29,405 nt of DNA from Raillietiella orientalis. Its lineage: Eukaryota. A model generated the notes under the pieces. The model worked only from the letters and a program-made list of their open reading frames with translations, did not search any database and was not told the DNA's origin. Below are positions 24,501 to 29,405 of the stretch, in pieces. Both the position numbers and the translations under genes were made by a program. Position 1 is the first letter of the stretch; each line of letters opens with the position of its first letter. The stretch lies in the NCBI GenBank assembly GCA_036172245.1, contig JAYWIR010000127.1:62001-91405 (forward strand), read 5' to 3'.

Positions 24501-24830
24501 CAACCGGAAGCTCCGTATGAACGTGTGGAGATTTTCCGTCGCGTCCGCGAGCTTCAGCCGGTCCCCTGGAAGATGCCACGCTGAGGAGGGGGGCCCCTGT
24601 CGCGCGGATAAATCTCGAGAACTAGCGGGCGATGTTCGGACAGCTCGCACGGTAACTTGCCGCGCCTGCCTTTGCGAGGGAACAGGTGCTCGTCAAGAAA
24701 CAAGTGGTCGATGCTGTCTTCCATCTTCGATGCACTGCCCAAGAAATTACAGGTGTGCACCGCCATGCACACCTCGTTGACCAGGTCACGCTCGGGATTC
24801 TGCCCATCTGGTGTCAGGAGAACGTTGAAA
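21521..24830 (-). mobile_element. Non-LTR retrotransposon copy B (ORF2 from mid-endonuclease to 3' end, degenerate)
   Basis: FNV...IDHLF...SEH (EN); KAPGVDG, NWRPITIVNAD, DLWKAFD, GIRKVYSLS, YAND, VNRSK (RT); decayed zinc finger near 22050-22090. Collinear with copy A throughout. 3' end with short A-rich tail at 21521-21527. Confidence 0.93.
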
Positions 24831-24861
24831 TTTTTCACCCGGTCACGCCGGCACGTTTATT
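24831..24861 (-). other. 3' terminus of copy A: AATAAA, CCGG-N5-CCGG hairpin, A tail
   Basis: Minus strand reads AATAAAcgtgCCGGcgtgaCCGGgtgAAAAA. Similar termini occur at 21521-21551 and 12390-12415. Confidence 0.75.
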
Positions 24862-24870
24862 CACATAAAC

Positions 24871-24896
24871 GAGCTGGAAACAATTGTTTCCAGCTC
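24871..24896. repeat. Perfect 26-bp palindrome in the copy A 3' UTR
   Basis: GAGCTGGAAACAATTGTTTCCAGCTC equals its own reverse complement. Confidence 0.95.
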
Positions 24897-25143
24897 TCGA
24901 CTCTGAAAACATACAGGGGAGATTCACCCCTGGCACGCAGGATAGGGAAACGGAAGAACATGGACGAATGATGGGAGTCCCAAAAAAAAAAAAAATTGTA
25001 AATGGGAGGAGTGGTCCAGGGATTTTGGCGTTGCTCCGCACTCACCGGGAAATTCAAAAGTTCTAGCACTAAAAGCACTGCAGAGCGTATAGGGAAAAGG
25101 ACGCGAGAACAAAAAAAACAATCGAAAATAACATGAGGGCGGA

Positions 25144-28100
25144 TCACCGATTTCGTCGTTCTAAGCCGTTGCTGATCCAGCGATGTATACCGGTTAGCTC
25201 CTCCGTTGTGTCTTCATATAAGTGTCGCCATCCAGCTGCCGACCTGATGAATTCAGCTGCCTTCCTGGTGACACAACATTGCTGTCCAGTATTCTCCAGC
25301 ACGTCTCGGACCGTGACGATGGCGCGAATGCAACCAACAGCGGAAATCGTCGCAGCTATCGAAATTCCTGGTATCTGGAAGAACCGTCGCAGCACCTCTC
25401 GAGCAATGTCTTTTGGTGACGGGACAACTTCTGCTAGCCTCCTCCACAGTTCCTGGAGGGCACCGCAGTCCATAACAAGGTGCGGTAACGACTCCGTCGC
25501 CCCGCACCGGGCACAGATGGGAGAAGCGACCCCACCGGAAACTCGGTGGCGCCGCTCGTTGTAGCGCAATCCCTAGTGCAAGAAAAGCAAAACGTCTTGC
25601 TTCCATGCAAAGGGAAACACCGAACCGTCCAAACACCAGGGAGAAACTATAAGTTCTTCGGGAGCAACACCAAGAGCTTCTCCCCACCGAAGAAACCCAT
25701 TTGGTGTAGCACGAGGAGTGGCGGCATCGGCAAGCTCGCTCGTGGTCCATTCGCCAACTGGTTTTGTTTTCCTGCAATGGTGCAGGAGAACTCTCACCGT
25801 CATGGCAGGCTACTGTCATCTCGAGCCTCAAGGGCAGACAGTGCTTCGGCAAGGGGAGTGGCGGCCTAGGAGGAAAGCTTCACCTCGTCCTGCATGACAT
25901 CTTGGAGTGACCAAGGCTGAAATCGACGCAGGGATCGAAGATCTTCACGGCTCATTCCTAAGAATGCAGCCCACGAATCAATGGATTCCTGCTTCCAAGC
26001 ATTATAGTTCATTGGGCAACAGGTAATCCACGTACTGGCTTCCAATAGGCTGGCGATTTTCCTCAAAGGATAGCCAAATCCCTATTTCCTATGCAGCAAG
26101 CCAGGCACCAAAGAAAGTAATTTTTTACTGCCTGCACATCTATTCAGGAGCATGCAAACAGGCGCACACAGGGGGGAAGTTCATAGCTCGGCACAAAGTG
26201 CGAGCATCCGGAACGACACTTGCAGTCGGATTCTCCCCATATTCAGGATGCCAAGCCCAGCATCCTGACGTGGAACAGTGAGGTTTTTCAGGCGGATCCT
26301 GTATCGCGCCGGACTTCAGAGAGCGTTCCTCAGCAGGCGTTTTGCCAGCTCTTTGGCCGCATAGGTGGAGTTCAAGACAAAAAAGAGGGGTCGGAGGAGG
26401 AAGGCCACGAAGGTGTTCCAAATAGCCGCCCGTTTCGGCAAGGTGAACCTGCCGTTAATGAACGGGCTGGCGGCCAACTCGGCCTTATGAAGGCAGTCCG
26501 ACCACGCCTCGGCAGCTTCAAGGTCGCCCAACGGAACGCAAAGGTACTTGAATTACCCCGCCGTGGGGATCCCCAGGCGGATCCAGTCGGAATGCTCCTC
26601 CCACGACGCACGCACAGGAACGACCAGGCACTTCTCTCTGTTCACGCTCACGCCCGCTCCCCGACGAACCAGGTCAAAGAAATCTTCGACACTGGACGCC
26701 GGGGTGGACATGAGGAACAGAAGAAGCAGGTCATCTGCATAGGCAGCCACGGCAGGCGTTCCCGGGAAGAGCTAAACAGGTATTACAGCGTCAGCCTGTA
26801 CGCTCTCAGCACCAACTCAAAGAAGATGCTGAAGAGCATCGTGCTTAAACTGTCACCCTGCCTGATGCCCCTGCGCACGGGAATACCGTACACGTGGCAA
26901 CCGCTAAAACAAATGCAAGTTAGCACATGGCGCCAGCATGCGCGTAAGTACTTGAGGACTTGATCCGGGAGACCCAGGCGTTCCAAGAGCTCCAATAGGA
27001 GTGCTTGGTTCACGCAATCGAACGCCTTGAGGAGGTCGACTGCGACCGCCAAGGCACCTGGAGTACCCTCTTGCCGCTTCTGTCGATACCCTGTGCCTTT
27101 TGCAGTGTCATTTGTCACGTATCGAATTTGCTGCGCTACGCGCTTCTGCAGCTGCATCCAGGTCCGTTCAAACAGGAGGTTCGCGTGCATGGATCTCTCG
27201 GAAACAGCGTAAGTCTGCTCCGGGCTCACCAAGGACGGCGCGATTCTCCCTGGGCGCGCAACCCACATCTTGGAGAACAACTTCACGTCCGAGTTCACCA
27301 AAGTGACCGGACGCCAGTTCTTTAAATGGCGTGCGTCTCCACCTTTCGGAAGGAGACGCACCCTCGCTGAGCGGAAGGAGTTGCGGACATCCCGCGAAAC
27401 CTTCATCAGCGACGAGAGGCGATGCACCAGGGGGGCGAAGCACTGATAAAACTCCGCAGGCAGCCCATCCTCGCCTGGCACTTTTCGTCTCTTCAGCTTC
27501 ATTATTGCGGAGGAAACTTCCTCCTCCGTGAAGGTCTTGTCGAGAAGTGAGCGTTCCTCTTCGCTAACAACGCGAGCATCCTGGGACAGAAGCATCTCCG
27601 AAAAGATATTTTCCGTAGGTGCTTCCGCGTATAACGAGGAGTAATAACTTTTCATTATGCGGCGAATATTGGCTGGTGCCGAGCACTTCAGGCCTTTTTC
27701 ATCGAGCAGGGAACATGCTCCTGACTGCTGGATCTGGCTCTCGCCTCTCTCCCTGTATTCCGCATGCCGGCTGACATCCGCGCGTCTCGAAAAGGTGCGC
27801 GCCTCCAGGAAAGTCCTGCTGTTGGCGACCCCTTCTCCAAAGCCTCGCGGAAGCCGGTGCAAGGGAAACCGTTCACAGAACTCGCGGACTGAACTCTTCA
27901 AATGATCCCAGTCCGGGAGTTCGCAGATGACGAAAGTCCGAAATTGCTAACAAGGATGAACCGCCGCCTCCGGATGGCTAAGCCAATCCGCAGGCATCCT
28001 CCATTTCTTTAACGGAGGCCCCTTGCCTGGCGGAAGGAGCTCGAACTCGAACCGGTGATAGTCAGAAAGAGCGGACGAAAATCTTCCTCTTCTTCCCACA

Positions 28101-28723
28101 CGAGGGTGCCCGTTGTCATCGAGGAAGATGTGATCCGATGACCTTTCCAACTCAGGTACGCCGATCATCGATTTAAGAGCGCGTACTAACGCGCACATCT
28201 CGAAAGATGATGTGCGCTCCCTCGGGCAGTTCCAATCGTGAGAGAGCAGGTGGACGTTGAAGTCCCCTGCGACGAGGTGCGCCACATGGAAGACGGAGTT
28301 GTTGAGCCAGTGGCATTTCACTTCCTCGAAGAGCGCAATTCTTTTTTCGAAGTAGCGAGAGCCACTCAGAGCGTAGATGTTCGTTATGACAAGATCGATG
28401 GACTCGGACCACTTGACAACAAGTTGGACCACGCGTCTGTCGTCGTCAAAACGAACACTACGTACCGCTTCCGCCATTTTTCCTGTTACGAGGAACGCGA
28501 CGCCGCACGTGTGTGCGCCGCCGCACCGTCAATGTAGCGTTCCCCCTGCGCGCTCCTCGATTTTGGCTGCCTGCTCGTCAAAGATTACGTGAATCTCCTG
28601 CAGGAGTACGAGGTCGAAGGGGCGCAGATCATTCGCTACTAAGCGCCTCTTCTCGTCATTCTGCAGTCCGTTCACGTTCCAAGACGTAACGCACAGACGA
28701 CCAGAAAACGCGATTCCCCGTAT
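25144..28723 (-). pseudogene. ORF2 polyprotein of copy A (APE endonuclease, reverse transcriptase, CCHC zinc finger) with about 9 stops and at least 1 frameshift
   Basis: EN motifs SWNVNGL, LLQE, NIY, GDFN, DHIF, SD. RT motifs PGEDG, LLPK, NWRPVTLVNSDVK, DLLKAFD, GIRQGDSLS, YADD (26730-26741), VNREK, FKYL. CARC-x7-H-x4-C at 25465-25515. A 1-nt frameshift near 26762 lies just before YADD. Confidence 0.93.
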
Positions 28724-29403
28724 TCATGCTGGAAAGTTGGCGGCATTTTGTCCGCTTTACCCTGCAAGCGGACGGTGAGCAGCACTGCTGACTGGAGATC
28801 ACGGTCGCCACCGTCCTCCTTGGTGCTGCAAGAAATCGAGTGCTCATTTCCGCGTAACGTCGTTTGACGCTCCGGGATGAGCTCTCGCTCCTTCGCGGCC
28901 TGCGCGGCGCGCCTTCGGGCCTTAGCCCGTGGCGCTACGGCTTCCGCGCGTGTGATCCGACGTGCGTCGGTGATCTCAGACACCGTTTGGGAGTCTGATT
29001 GAAGCGCAGGCACTTCGCGACTCATCTGCTCTGTCGGTTTGGAGGTGCTCGCGAATGGGACCGCGGACACTTCCTTTTTTGCGATCACCGGAACATCGTC
29101 CCTGGAGATCGCAACTTTCGCGCCATTCGCGACCGCGGCGGTAGACTTTGCAGCGGCAGAGGGAACCTTCGCGCGAGTCTTCTCCATCGCGCGACTGTTC
29201 TTTGCCTTGGAGAGGCTCTTGGAACTAAATTGGGGAGAATTTTTAGGGAATTTTATTTTTGTCCCTTTCACCGCAACCGTCCACTCACCGTCCGTTCGTT
29301 CGTAGCTCTCCTCGACTTTCGTGAGGGACGCCTCCGAACATTCCTTCCCAACCGCCTGAGGCGCAGCTTTCGCTGCACCCTTTAAAGGTGGCGAAAGCGC
29401 GGC
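28672..29403 (-). CDS. ORF1 (gag-like) low-complexity C-terminal region of copy A, 5'-partial
   Basis: Frame is open from the window edge to TGA 28674-28672. It is Ala/Lys/Ser-rich, lies directly upstream of the EN, and GEWTVAVKG resembles E**WKQVKQRK in copy C ORF1. Confidence 0.7.
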   Translation of the reverse strand, partial: AALSPPLKGAAKAAPQAVGKECSEASLTKVEESYERTDGEWTVAVKGTKIKFPKNSPQFSSKSLSKAKNSRAMEKTRAKVPSAAAKSTAAVANGAKVAISRDDVPVIAKKEVSAVPFASTSKPTEQMSREVPALQSDSQTVSEITDARRITRAEAVAPRAKARRRAAQAAKERELIPERQTTLRGNEHSISCSTKEDGGDRDLQSAVLLTVRLQGKADKMPPTFQHEYGESRFLVVCALRLGT

Positions 29404-29405
29404 CT

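Larger units (their letters stand above)
24831..29405 (-). mobile_element. Non-LTR retrotransposon, L1/Tx1-like, copy A (near full length, 5' end outside window, inactivated)
   Basis: Ordered ORF1 tail, APE endonuclease, RT and C-terminal CCHC finger, then a 3' UTR with AATAAA and an A5 tail at 24831-24835. Confidence 0.95.

Noticed and set aside
26553..27901. Bacterial RT system (group II intron, retron, DGR, CRISPR-RT)
   Set aside because: The RT is flanked by an APE endonuclease, a CCHC finger, a gag-like ORF1 and A tails, which is diagnostic of eukaryotic non-LTR elements. No CRISPR array or operon structure was seen.
22057..27905. Plus-strand ORFs such as 26220-26963, 25133-25564 and 22492-22926
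   Set aside because: They are antisense shadows of the GC-rich minus-strand ORF2 sequences.
25144..28723. Alternative genetic code (TGA=Trp or TAR=Gln) making copy A an intact gene
   Set aside because: All three stop types and frameshifts occur. Across the copies, conserved Trp positions show both TGA and TAG, and stops align to varied residues (W, L, K, Q, E, C). This fits ordinary pseudogene decay.

Overview
Eukaryotic, repeat-rich DNA with no confidently intact host gene and no prokaryotic signature. Positions ~12390-13940 and ~17280-29405 hold six pieces of one divergent family of APE-endonuclease non-LTR retrotransposons (L1/Tx1-like), all decayed by stops and frameshifts. Copy A (-, 24831-29405, runs off the window) has the ORF1 C-terminus and a full-length EN-RT-CCHC ORF2. 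Copy B (-, 21521-24830) is ORF2 from mid-endonuclease to the 3' end. Copy C (+, ~19450-21520) is ORF1 plus the EN N-terminus. Copy D (+, ~17280-18700) is ORF1 with two zinc knuckles. Fragment E (-, ~18705-19445) is linker plus RT N-terminus. Copy F (-, 12390-~13940) is EN joined directly to the ORF2 C-terminus with the RT deleted. Comparing copies by eye shows shared family traits: a compact endonuclease that appears to lack the target-recognition hairpin, a short EN-RT linker, an insert in the RT, ORF2 overlapping ORF1 in the -1 frame without an AUG, and a conserved 3'-terminal mini-hairpin. Copies A and B end inside the endonuclease regions of their relatives. The left half (1-12300, 14000-17250) has only unidentifiable coding-like remnants, including a GC3-rich exon-like frame with five in-frame TAGs. 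All alignments are manual and no database searches were run.
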